This document shows, piece by piece, positions 1 to 14,300 of a stretch of 64,000 bases of DNA. This DNA is from Orbicella franksi (taxonomy: Eukaryota). The stretch lies in contig OZ116698.1 of assembly GCA_964199315.1 (NCBI GenBank), positions 7,006,001 to 7,070,000 on the forward strand, given 5' to 3'. The position numbers and the translations under genes are program-made. How positions within the stretch are numbered: position 1 is the stretch's first letter; every line of letters starts with the position of its first letter. The notes below the pieces were generated by a model. The model did not search any database and was not told where the DNA came from. It saw only the letters and a program-made list of their open reading frames with translations.

Positions 1-819
1 GACCCACTGGGTTTTTGAAGTCGAATGAATAAATTTTGAATTTAATAGCTCTTTCTATGAAAGCCTTTTTAATTCTTAATTTCAGTTGTTAATTTTTCTA
101 TTTTGACTGAAATACAGTTTTGTGAAGTAAATGATTAGAAATGCAGTGAGTAGCTCATGTAATGATATATTAAGTACGGTGTCCCGTGAATACTAGGACC
201 GAAGTCCATAGGAAGAAATTCGCAAATTAAGCTAACAAGCAGGCGATATAGTATGTCTCATGAGCCGGAGTAAGAGATCATTTTGTGATAATACGAGTAC
301 TTATTAACTGACCAGGAGGTCCGGACGGAAATCTTTATTGGTTAGCGGTCATGACGTATAGACCTCCGGAAAACAGTAAGAGTCGAAAGTGAGGAGACAG
401 AGTTGAATAGCGTTAGCTGGCTACAGTAGCACGCAATAAAAACACATGACCCTTTTATAATACGGTCGGACATAATTGTGAAATGATGTCTTCACGATAC
501 ATAAACAAAACACGCGGAATTGTACGCACATTAAACCAATATTGACCAACATTTTGTCGCCGCGCCCACTCGGAATGTGGATTTGTTATCCAGCAATGAC
601 GTGACGGGGCTCTAAAAGGACCTTATTTGGGCAGAAAAATAGTCACTGTCGACCCGAATTACATACATGTATGCAGTGACTGAAGCCAGTCAGAAACTCG
701 AAGAATAAAAATGCATGCAAATTGAGCCAAGCGTAGGAATTGAGAACGCCAGGAAGCATACAATAGTCACGTTCAGTTTTTGTAAATTCATTCCTGTTTG
801 ATAACGTGGAAAGAATTTA

Positions 820-1182
820 AGACAGCGTCCATTCTACGCGGAAGAATTTGAAAACGCAACTTTATTTCACAGTTAGGCCTACCGTCCACACTAATCCGTC
901 ACGACAACGGAGCTTTTCGAGAACGCTCTTCAAATCGGAGGCTGTTTGAAAACGTTTTCGTGTGGACGGTAAACATTTTGAAAACGGGACTTTTCGAAAA
1001 CGATGGCGTCACGATCACCATGTGATTTTCCTTGACCGAGTTTTTCTCAAACACAAATCCAAAATGACCGGTTGCGTTTTCAAATTCCTCCGGCATAGTG
1101 TGTCCGAAAAACATTTGATGCGTTTAATTTTCAGAGTGAAACCTTCGTTTTCAAATTCCGCCGGCGCATTGTGGACGAGGCC
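820..1182. mobile_element. Non-autonomous PIF/Harbinger-like MITE
   Basis: Degenerate TIRs: left ...cgtccattctacgcggaagaatttgaaaacg; the right end reverse-complements to ggcctcgtccacaatgcgccggcggaatttgaaaacg. A related partial copy lies at 20307-20565. Superfamily assignment is from recognition only. Confidence 0.55.
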
Positions 1183-4100
1183 AAAACGTCTTAGTTTCTA
1201 TCGCTCAACTACTTGAAGAGAAGACCAAACGCAAGACCAAACACAATGATGTTGATATCGCCAGTTGAAAACCGCTAATGAAATGCGGAAAACAAGCAAA
1301 CCTCTCTTATATATAAACCACTCGCTTTTCCTTATTTTTGACATTTCGTAAAATAAAAACTCTCCGCACTAGAAATCTTTAGTGTAAATAGCCTATCAAT
1401 ATGAATTCAAACCTTTGGAGATGTCATGTAAGATTCACCAATAGTACCATATCGTAGAACGGTTATTCAATTTTTCTCTAATTCGAGTTTCAGTGACGTA
1501 ACATGACAGTGCAGTTATGACATGCAGTTGTCCTAAGGTCAAGGGGAAGTTGAAAGGTTTTGTCAACTTTGAACAATCCTTAAGTTAAAAAAAAGTGGAA
1601 AAGAAAAACAAAGAATTCTATAACAATGTAATATTTATTTCATTTAGGTGTTTACAATGACTGATGTTAATCATCAGTTACCCAAACAGATTACATAGCA
1701 ATCGGACCTATTTACAAAATCTATCGTTCGAGGGCAGAGCTGACCATAAAAAAAAGATGATAGCTACCTTAAAATTCCCGGGCTCTTTACAATTCTTGCA
1801 TACTGAAAATTATACATGGAAAATAAATTATGTGTTACGAGTGGAATTAGCGTTAAAGAACGATATGCTTGTAAGTTAGTGATCTGCTAATTTATTACGA
1901 AACATTTGTTTACCATAATTAAAAGCCCTAACTCTTGAGTAAGCCCTTTTCAAAGCCACAGCGAAGTTGTTTAATGCTAAGGGCTTACACACGGGATACC
2001 AGGGTAATCGGCAATTCAACAGGTCTTTCCAAAGTTGTTTGTGTAAGCTTGCTATTGAAAAATATCCATTTAAGAAACTATTTGTTCAGGCACTGTCTTA
2101 TTAAAGATCAGGGACTTTGCATGATCTACAACTTCCATGGGGATTTGTAAGACCACACAATCGATTTGTAATTATAATTCATACATAGTTTATTTCGGTT
2201 GGAACTTGGTGTTCAGTGGAACCTATTGGTTATAGCTCAAGATCGGCCAAGGAACTTTTGGTATACAACGGTGCCTCTTTAAAATTTCCCAGATTCATCA
2301 TAACCCGAAATTTATAACATTCAAACGCCCTCTAAAACCATGTGTTAAAATGTCGCCTATATTTTAATCTCGATAATCCTCTGAAAAATAAAAAAAATCA
2401 AAATACAGTACCTACAATAACTGAAAACCGGTACGCCTTATAAACCCCTGGCCAACAACGATTTGATTATTACAATTAAGACTTGAACTCATGATGGCTA
2501 TTCAGCTCGTCAGACAAATAAATCGTACAATGTAAGCCAGGCCACTATTGCGCTTTTAATGAAAAGTTTATTCATTGTTAAACTACACTGACGCGCCGTG
2601 TCTGGCTTTAGTGGCTTGAACACTACCAAAAATCTAACAAAAACATTTGCAAATAGATCTCTGTTAATTAAGCGAGTTTCAGACAGGATACTTTGAAAGA
2701 AGATTAATTCGTAATCCTTACCTAGGATTAGTAGTTCCTTCTCCATCTCCAGACAGATGGAATCCGAAACGCCAGTTCCTGACCAATCAAGTGCCTTACA
2801 AGTACTGAAATTCATTGTCCTTCGATCCAGCTTTGCGACTTCCGGTGCCACCGGAATACCGGAAGTCACAAAGAGGAGAAGGACTGGAGGTTGGTATAGA
2901 ATTCACAAGGAGTACAATCCGATGAATAACTCGGCGCTGCATGATAGTTTAATCATATTATAATGACCAAATATATTTGTTGAAATGTATTTTTGTTGCG
3001 TATGCGAAAAAGCTCGCGGCTGGAATTCAACTAGTGGATGCTATGTATAACATTTGAATGTTCGCCTCGAGGATTTTATGCTACTTATGGTTTTGAGATA
3101 TCTACACAGCTTTGTTGACATAATATATGTGACTCACTAAGTCCTATTTTGGAAATCAAAATTTACTTTAATGAATTTATCTTATTTGCAAAAAAACCGT
3201 GGTAAGGTCAACCCTTACGTTTCGACTACGTGGAGATCTATCAGTAGAATAAAACAGCTATAGGAAAGATGATTTGATTAAATGAATAGTAGATTTTGGA
3301 TAATTATCTGTAGCGTCTACGACACGAACGTGACTTTGCGCGAGACACACGTGGCGAGCGCATGACCGCGCGCGCGTGTCTTGCCCTTTGCACTATGATT
3401 ACGAAAATCTTCTAAATTAATGTGCCTGACCTGCAGGCTACTCTGCCCTTCAACGGAGAATTTCCGTCACAAAACGACTACCCTAGAATATATACTTAAG
3501 CCTGATTATCTGACTTCGTTTGAACTCTGGCGCAGTTAGATAAAAGAATTTAGCTTTCGTCAAGAAAGTGTTTCGTGAACAGTGTTACAGTGTAATCAAT
3601 AGCACGGAATTTATTGAATTTTAATCTCCGCCAGGATTAACGGTATAGGAAAGCATTTATTAACAAATCATTCAAATCGGTTTGATCGATTATTAAGGTT
3701 GTCTTGGTCGTTATTTGATAATATTATAAAAGCTTATAATCACAATTTCAGATTGATACATTAATACTGTAGTTTCCAGGAATTTGATTGTATTAAAGCA
3801 ATGAAAAACTGCTTTAAGGTGTGATGAAGAAGTTAAACTGTAGAAATAATACACGAGACTTGCCATGAAATTGATAAGAAACGCCTAACGTTATTGACCC
3901 AGGCGTATAGAACTTTACCATAACGTAAATATGTTTACGACGCAAAATAATTGAGAAAAATCTAACCATGGCGGTTATTAAACTAAAGCAAGCACCACTG
4001 GACAAAAAATTGATACACTGGGATGATAAAATGGCACTATAAAAGCTAGCAGAGTGTTTTAATGAAACAAAATCGTACACTGAACTTCCCTAAGAAATAA

Positions 4101-4954
4101 AATCGAAGACTCCCTCAAAGTAGTAGCGTTTCCATGTCTTACAAGAAAACAACACTGAAATCCTTGAATCATGTAAAAACACTCAAAATAATGACCCTTA
4201 AAGGTCGGTAAGCCCCCAAATGATAAAATTGAAGACAATTTAAAGCAATATTGTAAAGCACTCTCAATAAGTGTATAAAAAAACTAAAAAGTAAATCGTG
4301 TAAATTATGAGTTCATTGACCTTGACAATCAGGTGCTGCGCGGGCAATCTTGTCAGCAGTGACATGCTTGTCACGGTAGCTTCAAGTAAGCGACCTTTCT
4401 GGTATACTTGAACTGTTGTGACACAATGAATGCTACGTATTAAACGACCTGCATGATGTTCCTTTGAGCGAGCACTTTCTGAAGAAGGGCTTTAAAATGC
4501 ATTCTTTACTCACTGTCACACGAGGTAGTCAATTCTACAAAATAAAAGAAAAAGAAATTTAGAATAAAGACCATCTTAAACATAGTTCACTTTAACAAGA
4601 TCACCCACTAAAACATTACAATTCAATTACGAGCCCATCTCTAAGGTAATTAGAAAATAGACACATCACACGAGTATACGAGAAAAGTTGTGAAACACAA
4701 GCTACCGAATTTGTTGGCCAATTCCTAGCTCTCTCGATGAGACACAAAAAGGTAGCTGAATTTAATGTTCCCGGGTCTCGGCCTTATATTGCTAAATGTA
4801 AACAACTCCATTCCCTTCAGGTGCGTCTCAGAGGAAAGTAGGCTTAAGACACCTGGAATATTAGACAATGTCCCGTTATCACCTTGGGCACGCGCACTAA
4901 ACTGGATCCTTCATCAACGCAATGGTCCTTAAAGTATGGGACCTTAATTATATA

Positions 4955-5250
4955 GCTAGTTCCGTGAGCGGACAAGATGAATCGAATCCTGCGCCGTGAT
5001 ATACTACCCGAGCAGGCAAGATGGCGCTACCTTGTCCCGGCGCAAGACAATAGTGTTCGCTTTCTATCTAAATCACCAAGCTTTGTTCGGTGAAGATGGC
5101 TGGAGTTTGGCCTCGGTTTTTTTTTTTTTCCCGTTTTTAAGTTTATGGACCGAGACAGAATCGAGGTTCATAAAAACGCAAAAAAAAAAAAAAAACAGAA
5201 CGAGGCCAATAACCAGCCATCTTGACCTCACCCTTGGTCAATAACCCATA
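4955..5250. repeat. Interspersed repeat with internal hairpin just 3' of the AJM1-like stop
   Basis: Arms aagatggctggagtttggcctcggtttttt (from 5093) and aaaaaacagaacgaggccaataaccagccatctt (to 5223) are imperfect reverse complements. Confidence 0.5.
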
Positions 5251-5332
5251 AGTATTACTCAGAAAAGCATTTGGTGGAAAATTCCAAAAAAAGAAAACTG
5301 AATTACCTTGTGATTCAATTTTAAAGCTCTCC

Positions 5333-8300
5333 TCATTTCTTTCCGTCGTCACCAGCCTCAGGCATGATTTTACACATCACAATCTTCTTGCCCTGGTTGC
5401 CATAGACAGTAAGGGGCTCTTTGAATCGGATGTTCTGGTCGACGTAAAGGCAAAGTTTCTCATACACATCGGGATAGTCGTTTTTCAGTCGGATTCCATA
5501 CTGTTTCAAATTCTTGGAAATGTTTCTGCAGTAATGTCTTCGCGCTTCGTTCTCGTTTACGAATTCATGTCGAGCGCACTTCGGCAAGTAAAACAGCTTC
5601 GTTTCAGTTTTTGGGTCGCTCGGAGAAGACGAGACATCCTCTTTGAGCTTGCTACTTAAGGGAATCTTGATCACTTGAAGAACGGTAGTCACTTTCCTCC
5701 GCGGAACAGGATTCGCTGGAAGGTTCTCCATCTTACCAGCAATGATGGCGAGATTGAGGACGAATTCCCCCTCGGGGTCGTAGTCCCTGATATTCTGAAT
5801 TAAAGCCACCCTGTGCTTGCTCACCACACCTTCCGCCTGTAAATCCTGCAAGGATGAGTACGTTGGAGGACTGGGGAAAAACGAGCAACCGGTGGTCATG
5901 AATTTGCGCGCCGACTGCGCAGACGCGAACGTTACCAGCACACAGCCACGTCCTTTCCTTTTGAATCCTTCTTTGGCCGCCTTAGAGAGCTGGAATTTCA
6001 GAGCTTCTTTCTTGTGGCAGAGATAAATGAAGGAGCGAATATAGCTGTTGATGCGACCGAAGAAGCAAACCTTCTTGTGTTCCGACCAGTGAATCCGCCT
6101 GCAGTTCCTTGTGCAGTAATATGTGAAACAAGCGGGGCAAGATGTATAAGTGGTTTTCTCGCCCGGAAACAAAACCTCCTCTTGCTCGCATCGAGGATTG
6201 GAACACTTCACAGTAGTCGTTGAGCCTCGCCGCATTCCCCAGTAAGGGACCTCCCCAGCAAACGAGAATTCCGACATTGGGCTCTGAGGGCGCGTTGACA
6301 ACGACGACACCGAGATATCATCAGGAAAGTCTCTCTCCCCCGCTAATGACATGAAACTGGCGTCGATGTTGGATCCGGGTTGAAAACGATTTGACGGATA
6401 CAGGAAAAGATCTGAAGTCATAAGATCGTCCTCATCTTGCTGTTCATTAGAATCCATCCAGGCGTTTTGACTGAGCCACTTGCGTGTATGAGCGCTCAAT
6501 CCCCGTAAAAACGGAGAGTCGTTTATCGGGTGCTGTCTTTTTGTCAAGTCCGGCATTGATTTTCGACTATCCGCGGCGTCCTTAAAACGCTGTTGGTCTA
6601 TATGGAGTCCTGGCATTATCTGAACGTCCTGGACACTAGTTCCTAGTCCCTTCTTTTGTAAGCTAGACCCCGGTCCTTTAGTTTGTGCACTAGATTCCTC
6701 ATCGGACTTAGGAGCGGATTTTTCCTCCGACCTCGCACGAGGGCGGCGGACGTTTGTCGTTCGCGAAAGAGAAATAAAGGCCGAAGTAAACTTGGTTAGC
6801 GTCTCCTTTGCCGCAGGAGGAGATCGTTCGGGTGTTTTATACGAGAACGATTCCTCCCGTGAAACTTCGCGCGCTCTGATTTCCGGCGTGCTTGAACCAG
6901 ATGAAGTAGCGGCCTTTTCATTCTCTAGCTCGGCAACAGGTGTGGCAGTTTTAGAAGATCCACTTGACTCGGTGCGATTTCGGGCTCCGATGTTAGCGGC
7001 TTCGAGAGCTGCCCTTGTTTGCCGATGGCGAGGTTTCAGCGGCAGGCTGCTCACAGATGACGTTTCGGAGTCAGCATCGCTGCTGTGTTTCCGCACAGAG
7101 TTGCCGTGACTGTTAGGGAAACCGTACGGTGGGTAATCCTCCAAGAAAACTTCATCCAGCTCGTCATCGTCATAACCATCGTTGACTAGGAAAGCTGAAA
7201 TCACGTTCGATTCCTCGTTACTAGCTGCCTCCGTGACAATCACAGGTTCGATGACAATAGGTTCTTCTGATTTGACGTGATGTATAACCAGATTTTCATC
7301 GTCGTCTTGCTCGTTACTGTTGATACGGACGGCTTTTTGAGGAACAGGTTCCATCCGCGCCCACACATGAACTTTCTCTGTGACTTCATGGGTTTCAGGG
7401 CTTTGTGGTCGCGGCTTCTCCTCTGTGACTGCAGCAGTTTGTTGAGCTAGTAAAGCGTCTAAATCTGTAACCATAATTCGGCTCTCTCCCAGAATTTCTC
7501 CGTCAAATGCATCCTCGATGCTGCTTAAGCTGCTTACGCTACGCTCGTTAACACCTCCCAGAGTAGAAACAGGATCAGAACGAACGCTGCCAAGGGTGTT
7601 AAACGCACTCGGAGTTCCGGCGTCATTATCCTTTATCTCTAAGCTTCCGTATCCAGACTCCCGACCCTGTCTGTAACGGACTTCTCTTATGGGCGATATC
7701 TGCGATACACGAGCTTCAATTTCACGTTCATCTCTCAGCTTTGGCAGTGTTTCCACTGTTGGCGATAAACGAGGTCGAGAAAATCTGTCCTCAGTTTGTG
7801 GCGGGACTTCCTCTGCAGGAGTTACACGTGCAACCCGGACTTTGATGGTGTTTCCCTTGGTTGCAGAATCTGAAATTTCTGTAACAGTCTCTCGCTCTAG
7901 CCACGGGATAGCTTCAACAACGGGCGACACAATCGGCGCACTAATTATTCTCTCCTGTGCCCTGTTTTCCTCGCTGCCATCGACGTCCTCGCGTTCTACC
8001 CGAGGTTTGGACTCCCTTGAAGATATCTGTGTCACACGAGCTTTAAATTCTCGCCTTGAAGTCTCTTTGTCTCTGATTTCTGTTACGTTCTCGTCACTTT
8101 GTGCTTCTCCCTCTTCCAATACTGGCATCACTCTGGCTTTAATTATTCTGGTCGGTGCGTCTTTTTCTGTCACAGATTCAAGATCTTGCAGTGCTGTCAC
8201 TTTGAGAATGGGTGATCTTCGAGGTGAAACAACTTGTTCCTCAGATATTGATTCTTCCATTTCAGGCAGTGACTTGCGGCGCGTTTTAACCTCCAATACA

Positions 8301-11300
8301 GGCAAAACCGTCGGACCCTTACGCCCTTCAACTTTTTTTTCTTCCTCGGCAAAACTCGCCAGTGCGTTTCCCAAATCGCTACGTCTTCGGGGCGGCGTCA
8401 CCGCCATTTTGATCGAATCAAGATCACTCAGGGACTTCCATCTCGCCTTTCCATGAACCTTCTTCTTCACGTTCAAAATAAGAATCCTTTGCTTGTCGCC
8501 TACGACCTCTTGAACAGTGATTTTAGCGGTATGAATAGAATCTGGCTCGATTAACTCTTTCACATCGTCCTCGGGAACACTTTGGCCAGCCTGGACGTTG
8601 TGCGTAGCAGGCTCCTCTTCTTGGATAATATCCTGCATTTCTCCCGGCGCTCTTTCAACAAACCTGAGATCTTCATGGCTCTTGCTGAGTCGTATGTTGC
8701 GAGATGCGAGGTAGGTCTTTCGAGGTTTCTTCTCCCAAGGTGTCGGCGACATCCTTGTCGGAGAGCGGACTCTTCTGCCTTCTCTATCCTCTTGCGAATC
8801 TTTTCCCTGAATGCTTATTGTAACAGGAGGTGACTCGGGTGACTGAACTTCAGTTTCTTCAGTTAAAGCAGGTTCTTCGCTAGAGCTCGGAGACAACATG
8901 CCATTTTCACTTGCAGTTTTTGAATCTTCTTTGCGCCTCTTTCCCGATATAAACAATTTCAATCCAACATTTGATCTCTTGGGTTTTGCTTGAATGTCGT
9001 CTTTTGTAACAGTCTTAGATACTTTATCCGTACGGTCACTTTTTGTTTGATCGTTTTGTGCGGGTACTTTCACAAAATCTTTCACGATCTCACGTTCTGA
9101 GGAGACGGCTTCAACGGACGACGCTCTGGCCTTGATCTCTGGTGTTATTTTTGGTTCGAGTTTAGCTTCCAGTAAAATGTCATCCTTTTGCGCAGGTGTT
9201 TGCGCAACATCGTTCGTGATACCACGTTTTGGGGCGACGGCCTCCACAGATGACGCTGTCGTCTTGATAGCAGCTGGCGTCGATGTCGTGTCGGGTTTAG
9301 CGTCAATTTGCGTTTGATCGCTCTGTGCAGGGAGTCTCTCGACATATGCTGTGACGTCACGTTTTATGACGTCTTCTTTGACCGATGACACTGTCGTTTT
9401 GATAGTCGCCGACGTCGGTTTCGAGTCGGGTTTAGCGTCAATTTGTGTTTGATCGCTCTGTTCAGGGAGTCTCTCAACATACGCCGTGACGTCACGTTTT
9501 ATGACGTCTTCTTGCACAGATGACGCTGTCGTCTTGATAGTCGCTGGCGTCGATTTCGAGTCGGGATTAGCGTCAATTTGCGTTTGATCGCTCTGTGCAG
9601 GGAGTCTCTCCACATATTCCTTAACGTTAGCTTTTATGATGTTTTCTTTCACAGGTAACGTTCTCGCCTGTATGGTGTCTGGCGTCGATTTCAGCTCGGG
9701 TTTAACGTCGTCATTAGTCGCATCACTCTTGGGAGGAAGGTTCTCGACGTACTCCTTGAGGACAAGTTTAGGGGTGTCTGCTTTCAAAGATGACTCATTT
9801 GCCTGGACAGTCTCAGGCGTAGATTTCGACTCGGGTTTAACGTCGGCATCCGTGAGATCACTCTCGGCAGGAAGATTCTCGACGCACTCCGTGAAGACGA
9901 CTTTAGGGATGTCTTCTTTCAAAGACACCTCATTCGCCTGTATAGTCTCAGGGGTGGATTTCGACTCGATTGTCATTTGATCGCTCTGTACAGGAATGTT
10001 TTCGAGCTGCTGCGTCACGTCACGTTTTGAGACGTCTTGTTCAACAGATGAAGATCTCGCCTCGATAGTCCTTGGTGTCGATTTGGACTGTGGTTTTGCG
10101 ACGATTGTCGTTTGATCGCTCTCTACAGGAATTGTTTCCAAATTCTGCGTCACGTCAGGTGTTGGTACGTCTTCTTCCACAAATGACTTTCTCATCTGGA
10201 TGGTCTCTGGCGTCGATTGCGAGTCAGGCTTGGCGTCACGATTTGTTTGACCGAGTTTCTTGACGTACTGCGTGACGCCAAGTTTTGGGATGTGTTCTTT
10301 CACAGGTGTCGTTTTCAGCTGGTTGGCTTCCGGCGTGGATTTCGATTCAGGTTTAGCGTCGATTTCCGTTTGATCGCTCAGTACAGGAAGTTTCTCGATA
10401 TCTTGCGTAACGTCTCGTTTTGGAACGCTCGCTTCTAAATACGAAACACTCGCCTTGACGTTCTCAGGCTTCATTTGCGACCCAGGTTTGTCGTCCACTT
10501 TCGTTTGAACGCTGTCTACGGGAAGTTTCTGAGCATCTTGCCTGACGTCTCGTTTTGGAACGTTCGCTTCTACAGACGAAACACTCGCCTTGACGTTCTC
10601 AGGCTTTATTTCCGATCCAGGTTTGTCGTCCACTTTCGTTTGAACGCTCTGTACAGGAAGTTTCTGAGCATCTTGCCTGACGTCTCGTTTTGGAACGTTC
10701 GCTCCTACAGGCGAAACACTCGCCTTGACATTCTCAGACTTTATTTCCGATCCAGGTTTGTCGTCCACTTTCGTTTGAACGCTCTGCACAGGAAGTTTCT
10801 GAGCATCTTGCCTGACGTCTCGTTTTAGAACGCTCGCTCCTACAGACAAAACACTCGCCTTCACGTTTTCAGGCTTCATTTCCGACCCAGGTTTGTTGTC
10901 CACTTTCGTTTGACCGTTCTGTACAGGTAGCTTCTCCTCATCTTGCGTGACGTCACGTTTGGGGACCTTGAATTCCACAGACGACCTGCGCGCTTTAAAA
11001 GTTTCAGCTTCGATTTTTGATTCGAACCTAGCGACCATTTTAGATAGATGCTTCTGTTTGGTTCGTTTAGGGGACATTTGAGTTATGTCACGTACTGGGG
11101 CTTCTTTTTGCGTGGGTGAAGTGCAGCTCTCGACGTTTTCGGCTCTAGATGTGTTGTTCATTTCTCTGTTATCATTCTTTGTCAGTGGTTTGCAAGAATC
11201 TTCTATTCCGACACTTTTCGGGGCGTCACCTTCTAAGGATAATGGGAGCACCTTGACAACATCGGTCACAATTTTTGATTCGGGCTTTGCGTCGGTTTTC

Positions 11301-14300
11301 GGGTTATCGCTTTGTGCGAGTGCTTGCGTGAGAAGTTGCGTGACGTCACGCTCTGGGGTGTTCTTAACGCTTACTTCGATAACCTCGTCCACGACTTTTT
11401 GTTCAGGTTTGGGAGGCGTGTAAGATTCCTTTTTGGGAATCATTTCCGTTTCCTTAGCAATAACCTCAGAAATGTCACACTGTTCTTCCTCAAAGTTCAT
11501 TGGCTGCGTGAAGTTAGCATCCGAGTCAATCTCAGCTTTGATGACATCGTACGAAGGATGCATCTTTGGTTCACGGCATTTCGGAACGATTTCTGCCTCT
11601 TCAACTTCTTTCCTCGCACTAGTTTCGTTACGTGCATTTTCCGTATCGATTTTATCTTTTTTGTGATCGCTAAATTCTTCAATCAACTGTTTTGGACTCT
11701 GAAGCTCCTGCTCGTCTTTAGTAATCATGACTTCCTTTCTGACAAAAATCTTGATTTTCTTTACAATTTTTACAGATCTTGTACTGTCTCCAACGACACC
11801 AATATCGCCGTTCACGCCATTGTAAGCGAACATTTTGTCCGACAGTTCAGGCGGTTCGTTTGACCTTTTTTGTTCGTCGCTGGCCACATCGATCACGCCT
11901 CCGATTTCAGGTTTTTCAGTCACGCCATTGCAAGAAATAATTTTGTCTAAGAAAACAGGTTCTTTTAATTTCTTCTCCTTCTCATTGGCTAAATTCTTTG
12001 CCTCATTGATTCCACCATTTTTGGTAAGGCCATTGTAGGTTATAATTTCGTCTAAGTGACTAGGTTCCTCTGGCAACTTTGGTTGATATCTCTTCTCAGA
12101 GTGTTCGTCAATTTCGGGGCCGGATTTCTCTGCTTCAGAACTGCTATGATCATCCAGGTCAAACTCAGAGTCACTGGCGTCCATGGTAGCAATAGGGGCC
12201 TGTAACCTGGGGTCTTTACGAACACTAAACTCATTACCATTGCTGTAATTAGACCCCGCTTGATCCCACAGATTGCTTTCGAACTCCTCTCCCTTATCAT
12301 CTTCTGCTGAGCTAATTTCTTCGTCTTCCGGGATTGTGTATAGACGTGGCTTTCGCTCACGCCTGTAGTCTTCGATAAATTCAGACCAGTCCTCGCCGTA
12401 ATAATCAAAACTAACATCATCAGGGTAATCTCTCTGATGGTCGTTAAGTTTCGACAGGACTAGTTCGCCATAAACACCATCCTTTTGAAATGAAACGTCA
12501 TCCATTAACGTTTCCACCTCGTAACTCTTTATCGAAGGCTCGAACTCTTGCAGCTCTTCACTTGGTTGTTTATCTAAACAATCGCTCAACTTTGAAGTGA
12601 CAATAATTGACTTTTGAATATTTATGTCTGATCCATCGTCAACATGCGTTGTCTCGGGTGCTGTAATAGAATAATTTGTTTCTTCATCTGATGATATTAC
12701 AGTACGCGTAGATGAAATATCAACATCTCTCTGCTCGACTTTGTCCACGGATAGATCGGTTTCCACTACGTCTTTGCTAGAATCGTCATTCACTTCGGCT
12801 TGGCCTTCTTCCGAGAGAATTTTGTCTAGATCTGTCACAGAAACGTGCCTTTTGAAATAAATGCTAAACTCTCCTTCGTCTTGTAGTTCGTCGCTGTCGA
12901 TCAAATCAACATCGTCAATATCAATGTCAGTTTCAAACGTGTCGGTTTCAAACGAGTTGGCGTATCGTGTTGAACCATTCATATCCATAGAATCATCGTT
13001 AGCGATTTTAATGTCACTTTTCAAACCATCGTCATAAGAATCGATAATTATTTTAGGAACTGCCACTTGATCGAGTTGTTGTTTCGGGCTCGAAATTCCC
13101 TTCTGTGGCTTGGTTGTTTCGTCGCTTCCCGACATGGAGAAAAACGTCCAGGCGTGTCTCGTGTGGTCATTTGTACCCGCTATTTCATCGACGAAACCCT
13201 TCAATTGAAAGTCAGCGAGATCGCTTTTGTTTATGTCCATTTTAATACCTTTTAATCCACTGGTGTCCTCCTCCGCTGAAGTATCGCTAAGCTCCGTGTC
13301 GCGTTCATTTTCAATGTTACCATGGGCATTTTCTTCGTTCTTTGAATTTTCGAAGCGGATATCACGTGTGAAATAACGATCCAGACCGTTCGGAGGACAG
13401 GAAATTTTCTGCTCATTTGATGCATGTAATTTGGGCTCCTCATTTGCATCTTGTTTGAGAGCTGGCGCAAGATCACAGCTCGATATTGTAAACAATGATG
13501 TGCTCTCGATCGCACTGTTGTTCACGTCAGAAACACTGTCCAGTATTGTTTCCTTCTCGTCTTTCGGTGCAGAAAAATCCAAACTACCGGAAGTGACTTC
13601 TGCAACAGTTCGGCACTTCGTTGGTATCGCGCTTTGTTGCGTGGAGATGTGACTTGCTGGCTCAGGTGATAGAATATTTTTAGAGTTTTCCGCATCTAAC
13701 ACTCGACAACGATTGTCAATTTCGGTAGATAACAAAGAAGAGCCGTTTTGTTCTATATTTACAGGTTCGGAGATTGATTTGACGATCGCGGGGTGGTTAA
13801 CATTCTCAAAAGCGAAAAGCGATTGCGACTCAGCGGGCTCACCAATAACAACACGATCTTCTTTCGGCTGCAGTTCCTTTGTCATGGTCTCGCGGCTTTC
13901 AATAAACGGGGCAAATTTTGTTCCACTCTCAGAAAGATCGAGCTTATGTTCTATATTCACTGAACTTTCTAACACTCCATCATTGTTATTAACTAGCTGC
14001 TTGTAGGCTGTAGGTAAATATGAAAGGTCGGCGCTAAACTTATCATCGACATCCGTGTCTTGAGATTTCTCGCTGCTTTCACTGTCACTATCCTCTTCAA
14101 TTTCTTCCTCTTCAACAATACTAGGTAAGAATCCAGGGAAGATAAGATCCATGTTTTCCATAGAGGGTCTTCGAGCGGCTGCCAGACCACTTGAACCATC
14201 AGACGATTCGAAACTTTCGTCATCCCACCCGTACTTTGAATAGTGAATGTGAATTTCATCGTCAATGTATTCGTAAACGCTAGACTCCTCTCTCTCCCCA

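Noticed and set aside
2510-2963. 119-aa and 68-aa ORFs in the 1.5-4 kb region
   Set aside because: No recognisable domain, splice structure or TIR boundaries; the region is left unannotated.
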